Below, one piece after another: positions 39,320 through 52,230 of a stretch of 64,000 bases of DNA. The DNA comes from Camelus dromedarius (Eukaryota): contig NC_087437.1 of NCBI RefSeq assembly GCF_036321535.1, positions 40,736,001-40,800,000 of the forward strand, read 5' to 3'. A program made the translations under genes and the position numbers. Position 1 is the stretch's first letter. The number at the start of each line of letters is the position of its first letter. Below the pieces are notes generated by a model, which was given only the letters and a program-made list of their open reading frames with translations, was not told the origin of the DNA and did not search any database.

Positions 39320-39905
39320 TTATTATGCATTTTCTTTAAATATGTTCACTTTTCCACTTAATTTATTTTAAAGATGTGTCTATCACTACTTTAAATAGAA
39401 AACTGGCATCAGATTGCCATAAATATGAGATAATCACTTAAATAAACACAATGAAAATAAAACAATGCTATTATAGTCAAGCTAAATACTATTGCCTGTC
39501 CAGGAACTTGAGGCTTGCTTTCTCTTTGTTAAAAAAGAATATTAGCAACTGTTAAAGAGGTGTTAAAGACACATTGGCCTCAACCTGAGACTTTCTCCAT
39601 GAAGTAATCAGAAACATTGAAAGACAAGTGGAAAAGGATGGCTCTCTCACTGTGTGATTATAAGTCATTTAGTGCTGAGTCCTAGCACTGTCAGTATTTC
39701 TCCTAATTTTAACAGGGATAGGCATTTTCTTGGGATCTTGTTACAAGTACAGAATTGGATTCAGTAGGTCTGGGGTGAAACCCAAGGACTTGAATTTCTA
39801 ACACAATCTCAGTGCTGCTGGCGCTGCTGGTTCTTGGGCCAATCTTGAAAACCAAGGATCTAAAGTGCCAGTAATGGTGTGTGTCCCACATTTTGGGGGT
39901 ATGCC
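39320..39905. mobile_element. MER113-like hAT-Charlie element interrupted by a MER5A-like element (~39693-39857)
   Basis: aatgaaaataaaacaatg...tctctttgttaaaaaag...gaggtgttaaagacac...ctgagactttctcc matches recalled MER113. The MER5A motif gattcagtaggtctggggtg sits just before the terminal piece gtgtgtgtcccacattttggg. Confidence 0.6.
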
Positions 39906-40129
39906 AACTCTTATTTTATAGATGGGAAGAGTGAGGACTTGGAGGCTGTAAATAACCTAATGTCCTATCATTAACTGCTAGATGAGCCAGGTCTCAAACT
40001 CATTTCACAGGCTTCTCGTTTCTCAGTCCAGTGTTCTTTTCCAAAAGATCTGTATGGTCACTGACTTGCTACTTGGGCTCCAAAAAAACACTCTTTCAAG
40101 AGGCTGTGGCAGGAAAGCCAGGGTTTGAA

Positions 40130-40510
40130 CCACTGTATTCTGTGGTAACAGACATGCTCAAACTCTTAGTAGCTTAAAATAACAATATGTATTGTTCACA
40201 TTACGTCTCCACTGTGGGTCACTGTGGATTCTGCTCCATAAAGTGTGAGTCACTTTATACCATCTTATGGTGCCCCATCTAAACATGATACTTCAGAGTT
40301 GACCTTAGTGGGCAGGACCAAAGCTGGAGGACCTTGCACCAGCAACCAAATGATCTGGCTTGGAAGTGATGCATACCACTATTGCCCGTGACCCATTGGC
40401 CAGAACATGGCCCCACTCAACTGCAGTTACAGGCAGTGGGTGAAGAAGAATACTTCCATCTGCCTGGAATAAGAGTCGAATCAGACACAGTGAACGCTGA
40501 AAGTCCTTAC
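40130..40510 (-). mobile_element. MLT1 (MaLR) solo LTR, old subfamily
   Basis: ctgtggtaacagac...tagtagcttaaaataacaa...ggaagtgatgcataccact...ccattggccagaac. Confidence 0.65.
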
Positions 40511-40767
40511 CAAATATATAGTTTTTCTATCACTAATAATCTTTGATTCTGTTATCTCGATCTTTTCTCTCTTCTCAGGATCTCCCATATCCAATGTCCC
40601 CAGGCCAGTGGGGCCACTGTTAGCTTCTTTCCCTCGGACCTACCCGTCCTTCTGTATCATACAGAAGGAAAAGGCAGTATAGCGGCAGAGGGGACGCAGG
40701 ATGCCAGGAAACTTTGGTGATAGCAGAAGCATCGAAAGAGACAGGCCCAGTCAGGGAAAGTGGGTGG

Positions 40768-40969
40768 GAGAGAGGCAGAGATGGAGCCTAGGGGAGAGGG
40801 GGGCAGAGATGGAGCCTGGGGGAGAGAGAGGCAGAGATGGAGCCTGGGGGAGAGAGAGGCAGAGATGGAGCCTGGGGGAGAGGGGCAGAGATGGAGCCTG
40901 GGGGAGAGGGGCAGAGATGGAGCCTGGGGGAGAGGGGCAGAGATGGAGCCTGGGGGAGAGGGGCAGAGA
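40768..40969 (+). repeat. G-rich minisatellite, 7 full copies of a 26-28 bp unit
   Basis: GCAGAGATGGAGCCT starts at 40775, 40803, 40831, 40859, 40885, 40911 and 40937, with a partial copy at 40963. Confidence 0.95.
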
Positions 40970-41519
40970 AGAACAGAGGCAAGGGAAAGGAGAGGAAATA
41001 ACCATTTCTTGAGGGCCTACTAAACATTAGGCCCTGTATTAGAATATTTATATAATTTTGTCCTTATAACATTCAGGTTATTACTGGCCTGTTTTACACT
41101 CCAGGAAACAGAGGCTCAGAGGGCTTATATAACTTGTCAAGGTCAACACAAAGGGTAAACCAGGATCAGTGCCAGACTGTAAGCCTAGAATCTTTCCCAG
41201 GAAGTCTAAGAAAGTCACTCTTACAAAGCAAGGCAGGATTGGTCCTGAAGAATAAACTACTTGTTTACACTGACACTGGAATTCCTAAGACTTGGCTTTG
41301 CTATGGCAGATGTGTGCCAACAGCTGAAATGTCCTGATTCCATAATGTCCTGAATCCACTACGTGGGATTATACAGTCTTCCTGGGAGACCAAGCTTCTT
41401 CTGAAACCACTGAGGGGAGGATATAAGGTCAGTTTGAGTGTGGGAGAGTCTTGCTCTGGAGCCTAAAGGAGATGGGGGCTAGAACTGTCCCATATACTGG
41501 CGAGGTCAAGGTGAGAGGG

Positions 41520-41745
41520 AGCAGGGACTCTGGAGTCACATAGACCTAGGCTTGTATCCACACGAAACTACTTATTAGTGATGTGGTATTTGGTAAATCA
41601 TTCAAGTTCTCTGACACTTAGTATTCCAGTCTGTAGAAGGGGATAACAATTCCTAACTGCAGAGTTGTGGTGAAGACTGGAAACAACATATACAAAGGGC
41701 CCAGCTCAGGTAGTTGCTCAATATAAAGGCTAGTCTTACTGTTAT
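41520..41745 (+). mobile_element. MIR SINE
   Basis: ggactctggagtcacatagacctagg...ctgtagaaggggataacaat...agttgctcaata. Confidence 0.7.
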
Positions 41746-44669
41746 TGGTAACAAGAAGATGCCTTCACCTACCTGAGTGAGTTTAGCCATGGCAGTTTCT
41801 TGTTCTGAGCTTCCATTTGTTCTTCAGAAAAATGAGGGAATGGGAGCAGATTTCTCCTAAGAGCTCTCCCCTACACTCAGCTCAGTGTGCCGGGAGTCAT
41901 GGGGTTGTCCTGTGAGCTGCTGGGGAATGGTCCTGGTGAGCAGCCGTACCCTATGCAGCACCGAGAAGGGGAACAGGTGATGCTGGATGAAGAGTCTCTG
42001 GGCCCAGTGGCAGGGTTCCTGGGCCTAAGACAGTAGCAGGCTTCATTTTGTTGCCATTGCCACCACCCGATGACCCATTACAACAACAGGCAACATAGAG
42101 ATGGCTGTGGGCCTCGGGTGGTCTTTTTAGCCCCCTTGCTGATATAGGAAAGGCCACACTGCTAACAGAAGCAGTGGTTGTGGAGGCAGCCGCCACAGCA
42201 GCAGCTTTGAATACAGAACAAAATGTCAATAAGCACCAGAGAGAAATTGGAGGGAGAGGAATGGTGCTCACACTAATGGGATTGTTCGCTTACTCCTGTC
42301 TCAGCAGCCCATGCTATTGCCATCAAGTGGAGGACGGATTATACTGGTGGTGGGCCAATTATGTCCACAGCAGATTCCCTTCATGAGATGGGCAGGCAAA
42401 TCACTACCCTCTGAGGAAGCATCCATCAGGTAAAACAGTGATTATTTTATTGTCAGCCTTTTAAATTTACGTATTCACCTGCTGTGTATAAGCTTTCTCC
42501 TGTTTAATTCAATGACTTTTAGAAAATGAGACTATTTCATTCCATTTACTCATTTCTTAAAGCTCTTAAGAAGACCAAAGACTCTATAAAGTGTTCCCAG
42601 TGCATCAGATGAAAGTGATGAGACAATTTGGAAAAGGGAATGAAGCTCCAGTTTCTGTCTCGTCCTGGTCCCAGCTGAGGAAGGCCTAAATCCTCAACCA
42701 CAGATGTCTGTTTTCAGAATCCCCAGGGAGGGAGAGTTTACTGGCTGCTCCCTCCCCTTTCTTCCACAGAATGTTATAGTGTTTAATTATCTTTGCATTA
42801 AGGTTTTTTTGTCTCATTGTCTATGTCAGGTACTAGGAGTGCCTTTAAGATGATTCAAGGCAAGAATCCATATGTCTTTCTTGGAGGATTCAGTCATCCC
42901 ACTTCTTGTTAGCCCTCTGCCTTCAGATTGGCTGATCACTCTGGGCACTGGCTGTTGGCTCTGTGTTCAGCTTGGTTTGGGACACCTTCTCCAAGTGATT
43001 TGGAGCAACTACCAGTGAACTTCCAGATCTTGAAACATGACTCAGCCTCTTGGATCAGGTCCTGAACCAACTGGTTCTGACCCTACAGGCCCCACTTTTA
43101 ATTATCTCGCCAAGCCCGGTCTTATTGCACAGGAGATATACACTGATTTTTTTCCTTGTTTTGATCTATGTTTATATATCCATGTTCAATAGAGGCTTGA
43201 GAGTCTATTAAAATGGTGATTAAATAGGAGGCACTGATCTAAACTATAAAAATGCTGTTATGAGAAATAAGAATGGCTCCTTTTATCCTTTCTTCTGACA
43301 AGTAATTGCATAGGTTTGCTTCATCCGTGAGGTCTGTTTCCAGTCTTGAGCTTTTCCTTCTGTCCTCTGTGATCTCTACCTTCTGATGTGAAGATACGGT
43401 GATGCAGATGATGATGGCCCTGCAGGACAGTGGCGACATCTTTCCTCCCACTCCCCACTTCTCAAGCCCCCTACCCTGGCTGAGTCTGCTGCTGTTCTTT
43501 TCACTAGGTTTAGTCTAGGAAACATTTGTACCAATTAATGTATCATCAGAACAAGTACTTTAAGCTATAATGGGAAATGAAGCAAATAATCCCATCTCAC
43601 AATAGCTTAAAAACTTTAATTGTTTTGTCCAGAACAGATGCTGACAATGGCTGGTTTAACAAGCAAGTACGCATCTCCTTTGAATTCTATAAGTGGCTTG
43701 AACATGCCTGAATCTTTAGTAAATGAACTCTGCATAAAACTTGGACCATCTCACACACGCCAATGCTTTTGGCTGGTTAGGAATCCTCGTAAAACAAAAG
43801 AGGGGTCAATGTGAAGGAGAGCAACAATAGAATGTTTGCCCTACTCAAAAAGGTGATGTGACCTCTGGCTTTGAGAGAGGTGTGTATCTAGTCAAGGGAA
43901 TACCATGAAATATTTTGAGAATTAAATCTAGGATAAGTGAATTACAAGATGAAGAAATCCCAAGTTGTACAGCTTGTGTTTATGTGTGTGTGGTGGGAGA
44001 GCAACGTTCCGTGATGTGAGAGGTGGAAATAATTGTTATGCCCTGAGACCTCCCCTGATGAGACTTGGTTGGATTTAGGACAGTTATTGGAGGAGATGTT
44101 TATTTGAACAAAATGGGAAAGATGCATGTACAAAACTGTCTTTTGGGGGGATGATTTCAGCCCAGTCAAGAAGACCAGAAGACTTTTAAAAATAAAAATT
44201 ATAATGGTTAACACTTGTTGGGTGCTGACTAGATGGGGTTCAGGAAGGTCATAGATAGCAGTCATTTGTTGACTGAATTAGTCAAAATAAACTCTGAATA
44301 ACCAAATTAGTGGTAGAATCTGATGCACGCGTTTTCAAGGAGAACTTCAGAACATCCACCCTGTGGAAAATTCATTAAATCAACATCAAATAGATATTTC
44401 CCAAGAGCCGGCTGTGCACAGTGACCAGGCTGGACCTTTGTGATAAACAAAAAGAGGAAAAACAGAACTGCCTAAAACTGAGTTACTTAGAACTAAGAAA
44501 TTTTTTTGGATGTGGACCCTAGGATGATGTGTGTGAATGAAGACCAGGTGGAGGTGAGGAGAAATTTGTGTCCAGCAGTTTGGCCAGCTTAGCTGTGATC
44601 TGACCTTGAGTAGGCAGCAAGGAGAACATGGCTGTGACCTGGCCTTTTCAGTCTTCCCTGTGAATGACT

Positions 44670-45145
44670 TTCTAATAGAAGGCTCATGTAACTGGAAAGT
44701 TAGGGACTTGAGGTACAGCTGGGTCCACGTGCTGAGAGAACAGCTGAGAGAACATCACAAGGGAGTCTGTCACCATTTCTCAGTTCTGTTTGTTTCCGAG
44801 TTAGCTTCATCCTAAGCCAAGCTCTCCTCAAGGGTGGCAAATAGCCACCAGTGACCCCAACACCTACATTTTACCAGGTTAACAACCAATAGAAGGAGAG
44901 TATCTCTTTTCTAATAGTTCCAGCACAAGTCCCAGGGCTGACATTGGACTGCTGAAGTCATTTGCCCATTTCTTAGTTAATAGCTAAGTTCAGGGAAATG
45001 GAATGTGATAATTGGCTGTTCTATGCCCTCTGCCCTCCATGGTTCTGGGAGGTGGGGTTACTACCACATAAGCCACATGGATTGGGAGTGGGGATAAGAC
45101 ATTGTTATTAGGAGAAAGGAAATAGGTTCTAGGTAGATGAAAACA
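44670..45145 (-). mobile_element. MLT1J-like MaLR LTR remnant
   Basis: ggctcatgtaactggaaag...aggtacagctgggtcca...aagtcccagggctgacattgg...gggaaatggaatgtgataattggc. Confidence 0.6.
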
Positions 45146-45894
45146 ATGGAAATTAAAACTTATTGTTCACAGAATTCTTTTCTTCTTGAGATTACTATTC
45201 AGTAGAACATTCTTGGGGAAATGCAGTTTTAAGTGATGAGATCCCTAAAAAAATCTCATAGTATTCATGGTCTTGTGCCTAGAGATTCTTATCTGACCCC
45301 ATTAAAGTTATTTTTAAATAAAGATGAAAAATGCATTGCCTGATTTGATATGCCCCTAGGAACCGCCATATTGACAATGATAATAGTGATTAAATTTGTT
45401 CTTGAAAGCACCACTCTGCATTTGCTCAGTGCTGTACATGTTATTAAGTTTTTCCCCCAGATACCATCTCATTAGCTCTGAGATGCTATCAACTGTAGTT
45501 AATTACCCAGTGACCTCAGCTACCAAACATCAGTCTTCTTGTTATTAATTGTCAAAATATCATACCTGATTCCCAGCTCCCTTTAACTCTACCTGTCACC
45601 TTGCTGGACTCAAAAACTCTTAATGAAGATGTTAAATGTGCTAATTAAGTTTGACTTGGTGAAACTACCTTTTACTTTAGTGCCATAAGAAATTAGCAAA
45701 GGAAGAGAAGGAATAAGACTGTCAAATTACTGCCAGCTGTCAGTCTGAAAAGTGACAGAAGGTAATGGTCCAGGCTTGTAGTTATTTATGTTCTAAAGAA
45801 GTGGCATTGGAATGGCTTAGTTGGAGCTGCCACTGATCACTGGGTAAATCATTTTTACCCAAGAATATATAAATGTATGCATGCATGTATCTGT

Positions 45895-46400
45895 GAAGAT
45901 GCATTTAGTTGCAAGTAAAGGAAAGCCTAACTCAAACTGACTTGAAAATAAAGGGAATTTATGACTCTTATAACCCTATGTCTGCCTTAGACCCTTTTTA
46001 GGACAAGATGGATAGATCAATCGATCAATCCTATGTAGGGTAGTGTTTAAGATTTGTTTGATTCAGTGGCTTAACACAGTCATCAGAAAGAGGTTCTTTC
46101 ATGGTGTGAAAATGGCTACCAGGGCTCGAGGCTTCACATCTGAATCATATGCTATCCAGAAAGAGAGAATGCCTTTCTTTCCTATGAGCCCCCAGCAAAC
46201 CCCTCTCCAGTCTCATCAGCCTGGATTAGGTCATATGCCCCCTTTCTGATCAAAAGTTAGAGCCAGATGTTTGGATTATGCCATTAATATGCCACCCCTG
46301 AAGCCAGACTTGAGATTACTTCCCCTCAATCATATGGGGGCTGAATGAACTGCGTGGCTACCAAGAAATGGGAATTGGATATGGGGGAGGCAACTTCCAG
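45895..46400 (-). mobile_element. MLT1J/K-like MaLR LTR
   Basis: tttagttgcaagtaaaggaaagcctaactcaaactgacttgaaaataaagggaatt...ggattaggtcatatgcccc. Confidence 0.6.
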
Positions 46401-49400
46401 AAAGCCCATTAGAGTAGGAGTGTATTATTGTATTCTCTCTCACTCCCACTTTACCTCTCTCTCCTTGGAAATATTGTTTATCTTTATTCTACAAAGTATT
46501 TCAGGCATACATGGGCCATAATGGGAAGGGCCTGGGGATAACAGAAAGAGCACTGGATTTGTAATTCATTGGTGCCATATCCCATCTCTTTGACCTGGGG
46601 CAAGTCCCATATCTCATATCTGAAATTCAACTTCTCTTATTGGATAAATGAGAATATTTACCTTGTTCACCTTACAAGGTTATTGTGATCAAAGAAAAGA
46701 TCATGGATTTAGTAGCATTTTCTAGTTTACAATCCAAATGTAAATCATTACTATTTTTTTCATTGCTGGCATCATTTAATGAGGAAGAGAGATTTCAGAG
46801 CAATCACTTAGGGCAGCAGATCTGCTTTGGAAAAGGTTCTATCCCAAACCTCCAGTTGCAGGAATAAAAGCAGCAGCAGTGGCTTTTAGATACATGGTGC
46901 TAAGAACTGGAAACAATGACTTTGGAATAGCTGGAGAAAGACCAGATGGATGCCTCTATGATGGAAAGAGTTATTTTTAGAAACATGTTCAGTGTCCTAG
47001 GATAGTGTCATGTGGGGAGAAACTATGCTCTGCAGTATAACGTACTGCATGTACTAGTATTCCCCTTGGAAAATCCAGAGGTAAAAAACATCAGTTTGGG
47101 AACAGATAGACACCAAATTATCATGTAACCTTGAGCCAAACATTAACCTCTTTGATCCTCAGCTTTCTCATATGATAAAGGAGATAATAATATAGACCTA
47201 TAGTATTGGAGGGGAAGTTTACAAGTTAGTGGCATACAGTGCCAAATGGCGCCTGTCACACAGTAGCTACTTACTAAATAATAACGCCTCTGGCTGCCTT
47301 CAGTAATCGGTAAATGTGTAAGTAGACAGTAATAAGAGGACCTTATCTCTGAAGGTCTCTAAGCGTCAGAAGTTCATAAATGTTTTGAATAGAACTCTTT
47401 AATTTTCTTAATACTAGGAAAAATGATTTGGAGATAACACTAAGATATTTAAAACCAGGCAGTTATGTCTGAACTTCTTAAAATGTCTTAGCATGCTTGG
47501 CTCTCTGTTTCCAAGTCAATTTCTATTACCAGAGTGATTTGAATATAAAATATAAACAAGTAGCCATCATTTATGCCTACTTCTTACCTTTTGAAAAGTT
47601 TATAGGGTTTCTTTTTAGAAAATAGCTATCCTTCATTTTCAAAATTCAAGAAAGTTTAATGGTTCTTAGAAATTTGGGAAATCAATTTTGGCCTTTATAT
47701 GCTGGGAATTTATGCTGGCCAGTACATCTGTGAATTGATACTTCAGTGTTGGTTAATATTTGTAATGACGACTCTCAAGACTTTGCTAGTACCTCTGAAT
47801 CATCAGACATGGATTGAGTAACATTCAAGATAGATTTAGTGTCAGATGCATTTTGTTCTGTTTGAATTCTTTGAAATCTGTATTCATGGCACAAACTCTA
47901 TCTTATCACTAGGTATTTTTATAGGTTGAACCTGAGAACTTTGTTTCTTGGCCTGGAAATACTGCAGAAATCTCAATCCATTTGGGAATTCCACGTAGAC
48001 TTCGTACTCTAATAAAAGTTGTAATTGTGCAAATGAATAGAAGTTCATGTTTAAGGATGACTGTAAACATCTATAAACAGTAATAATTACCCAATACTGT
48101 GGGCTAATAGAAAGATCACAGGCTAAGAATTAGGAGGTGTAGGATCTAAACCCTTGAGCAAATCACTTAACCTTCCTTGTTTCAACTTCTTTATCTGTAA
48201 AATAAGGGAATTGCACTAAATGATTGCTGAGATGCATTTAGATTTTAGTATTTTATGCTTCTATTTTAATGTGTACTAGGTAGTGTATGTTTTTAATAAA
48301 GAACTTAATTAGGCTACAGTTAGAAAACTGGAAACAGCTCGTAGCAAATTTATTAACAGTTACTGCCCAAATTTACTATTTTTAGTTTCAAGTAAGACAT
48401 TTACCTTTATAAAAACAATTGCTGTGTAAAGCCATTGAGTAAGGAACAAACTCCAAATGTATAACTCATCAGTATTTCTGAGATTCAAGTACCTTATTTT
48501 GGATAGGCAGTTATGACTATAGCAAGTTGTATTGATAACTGAAATGTGAAAAGGTTCATTTTGAGCAAATTTGCTACCTTCCCTTATTAATAAATATTAC
48601 ATTAATTGCTTTCTTCAATCTTGATATAAATGAATAACTTCAATTATAGAGATTGTTATCTATTTATGTATATACTGTTATAGCAGATGTCTATCAATTG
48701 GCTAAAATTCATTAATAATACTCTAATCAATATTTATGCATTTGTTGACACATCTGCTTATACCCTCTAATGGTCTGTTCCTTATTTAACTATTAATCAT
48801 AAAAATATTTAGCACAACAACAAAAAAGCTTTAAAATGTCTAATTATGATAAGCATGGGATCAACAAACTCTGCTGAATGTGTAAATAGCCATCAGTAAA
48901 GATGGCTTGCATACAATTCTAAAAAGCCAGCATTGAGAGACGTTAACCTGTTGGTGGACTTTAGTCACGGCATGTTCACTCAAGCTGCAATAGTATTTGT
49001 GATGGAAACTCCCCCAGGAAAAAATGTAGCAGCATCAATTTCAGCTGATTAGACTGCTACCTTAAATATGCACCAGCAAGTAACATTTAAGGAGACAGCT
49101 GACATGTTATAGAAGCTGGAGATCAGACACAATGAGGAATGTATTCAGACTTAAGCAATGGAAAGTCAAAAGATGCATGATCTGTGTCAAGCAGCAAAGC
49201 TGACATGATTGTTGAGGTAGAGAAGACATGCTGTGACCCTTACTATGACACCAAGCTTCAATAGAGAATGCAAAGATGGATTTCTGCAAAAGCAGGAAAA
49301 AAAGGAAATTTTAATTATAGTTACTGTGGTGAATAGCTAAATATGGAAGTATCCTTAGGGTTAGCCTAAATCCAGGAAAAAACTTATTATTACTCATATG

Positions 49401-49519
49401 GCCATTTGTATGTTATTTTCAAAGTACTGTCTGGCCCTAAGAAGTTAATAGTATGGCTCTCATTATAGAAAGAAAAAAATCTTTTCGGATCATGCAGGCA
49501 AACAAGTAGGGACCAATGT

Positions 49520-50050
49520 CGGATGTGTCTGACAAACTGACAACCAGAACCACCAAACTCAAATCATTGTGAATAAAGAGGGAATCTACCTATAATCCAA
49601 AGGTAGGTAAAATTTATATAACTTAATACATTTACTCTTTATTTTCCTGATGTTTTCTTTATCTGTCATCACTGCATGGTAGCTTCATGCTGATATTGAG
49701 GAGTTGTCCTAGAATTAGATCGTATATCTACTTACGAGAAAATTAAAAAGGGAGAAAAAGTATTGCTTCTGGGGACCTGTTCCAGAAGGTCAAGCAATGG
49801 CTTTTCAGGAAGCCATGAGAAAACTTCCTTTGCATCTAATTAGCCCAGTTGACATCATGTGACTAGTATGGAGCCAATTATAGCAAGGAAGATGAGATGG
49901 CCTTTAAATGAATCAAGCCCATCTCTGGGGCTAAATGTGTGGAAGGCTTCTGTCAATACAAGGGTACCATGTATGGGAGGAATGGATACCTGCAGAAAAT
50001 CAGGGTTTTGTTAAGAGAATAGAAGAAAGAAAAGAATGGATGCCCAGACA
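49520..50050 (-). mobile_element. Old MLT1-type LTR remnant
   Basis: gacaaccagaaccaccaaactcaaatcattg...catctaattagcccag...gaaaatcagggttttgttaag. Confidence 0.5.
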
Positions 50051-50159
50051 CCAGTCTAGAAATCTGTCCTCACCAGCTGTATGAGATTGGGCAAGCCAGC
50101 TACACACTTTGAGCTCTATTTCCCTTATCCAGATAACAGGGGCTACTCACATACTTGAT

Positions 50160-50590
50160 ATCCATTTTCTATTTCCGTAGTAACAATACATTCTTTTTGT
50201 TCTGGTTGGAAAATTGCCATTAAAGTCTATACTCAGTCTATTCTGCCACTAAGGCCTTTGGAAAATCTCCTTGAAAGGTGAACTGACAATTGATATGTGA
50301 CTTTCTTGTCTTTCTCTGTTTTACGTTGCTCTCTACTTTGAATCAGGATGTAATCATTAGTGCCCAGACAGCCATTCTGGACCAGGAGGTGATCTTGAGA
50401 ATGGAGACTATGTGTAGGGATGATGGAACAGAAAGATTGGAGGACTCTGTTTCCTTTATGACTGTAGAATTGCCAGTTCAACCTCAGACTTCCTACCTAG
50501 AGCTGAGCATTTTTTTATGTGACAGAAAAATTAACTGATAAATCTTTTAAGCCACTCATATTTTAAGTATTTGTTACTAGTAGTAGAACA
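50160..50590 (+). mobile_element. MLT1 (H/I-like) LTR
   Basis: cagccattctggaccaggaggtga...cagacttcctacc...ttttaagccact...tttgttac. Confidence 0.6.
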
Positions 50591-51557
50591 CATTATTCAA
50601 AGGATCATCTCCAATCATCAGTGTATAATAATATGTTAATAGAGTTGATATCACTATGGCAAGTTATGGTCACTCAAATGGATGACCTGTCAAAGCTTCC
50701 ATATGCCCATGCAAAAATTTTTTCTCTTTCAATGGAGATTTTTTAATGAAATAAAATTCTAATAAATTAAGTTATCATGCTTTTTGTTTATTTCTCAGAT
50801 GAATAGTTGAAAATTCAGAGCATTCATGAGAGACTCTGAATTTGCAAAAAAAAATTTTAAAAGAGTAGAATTTCTTCTCCATATTGCTTCACTCTGAAAC
50901 AATCTGCATTAGAGTTCATGATTCTTTTAATACTTCAGTACCAATTTTTCATGGAAAAGTGCATCATTTTAAAGGAGAGCACTTCTGTGCTGTTGCAAAA
51001 CTAAGTGAATAGTTCTTAAAATATCTTAAGTCATATTAAATTTGAACTGCTGCTAAAGTATGTCTGGGGCTACTTAGTGATAGTAGAAATGACTTAGTGC
51101 TTTGGTAAGAAGTTGTGTTTATGCCAGGGGTTATTTGTGAATTTTTTTCCTGGAAAAATTACACTAAGATGTATTTGCATTCAGTTTCTCTTAAACTATC
51201 TAGATAGATGACATCCACAAATGGAGTATGACTTGGACTCTCCTTTATGCCTCCATGTTCAAAGATAATGATGTTCACTTATGCCTGCTCTTGCTTCCAT
51301 CTTACTCACTTTGAATCTGTACTCTGACTTCAATACCTGCTTGTGACTCATTTGGCTTGGAGCACTCGTATATGCTTCTCCTCCTCCTTCTTTTTCTTCT
51401 TATGATTTCTCTTTTGATTTCAACAGTTAACATTACTTTGAGTGAAATTATCCCCCTTAAGCATCTGGCCCATTGAGACTGAAATTCCCTTTCACTATCT
51501 TTTCAGCCATGCTCAATTCCTGGACCATATTTTTTGAATGGATAAAAACAATTGTTA

Positions 51558-51754
51558 TAAACAACAAGGTCCTACTGTATAGCACAGGGAACTATATTCA
51601 ATACCTTGTAATAGCCTATAATGAAAAAGAATATGAAAAGGAATATATATATATATAATATATATATATAATATATATATATAACTGAATCACTATGCTA
51701 TGCACCAGAAGATAACACAACATTGTAAATGGACTATACTTCAACTTAAAAAAA
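51558..51754 (+). mobile_element. L1 3'-UTR tail with internal (TA)n expansion
   Basis: aaacaacaaggtcctactgtatagcacagggaactatattcaatacc...taactgaatcactatgc...cattgtaaatggactatacttcaa followed by an A-run. Confidence 0.9.
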
Positions 51755-51939
51755 GGATTGTTTTATGTTTCTTCTTTCAGTTTAAGATTGTGGCCTAAGT
51801 GAATGAGGTGGGGAAGGCTTGGGGTTAGGGAGGAAGCCAAAGAAGACCAAAGAAGTGATAGTGGCATTTAGTCCTTGATTTTAGTTTTAAAACCTGTGCT
51901 TCCTCTAGATTTTCACTTAGACTCATCATCAGGCTCTAG

Positions 51940-52230
51940 ATCTCATTTATTTAAGCAACCACTTATAGGGCCTCTATGTACCAAATGCCATGCTGTTTAC
52001 TAGGGATAAAAATATAGAAGATACAATATCTGCCTTCCAGGAGTTTACTATCTAATGGAGGAGGTGGAGAAGTACACTGAAAATTACAGTTCACTGGGGT
52101 GGGTGCTATTGGCAAGCCCTTAGAGAATCAGGGATTGCATAAAACAGTTGTTAATGGCTTTCATTTCATGAACTTGGAAATAAAGTAGGGGTGGGTCAGT
52201 TAGGCAGAGATGGTCGACACTATTCCAGAC
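51940..52230 (-). mobile_element. L2 3' fragment
   Basis: catttatttaagcaaccactta...ctgccttccaggagtttactatctaatgg. Confidence 0.55.

Noticed and set aside
40701..41027. Overlapping repetitive ORFs and a CRISPR-like periodic array
   Set aside because: Head-to-tail minisatellite with no unique spacers, in mammalian DNA
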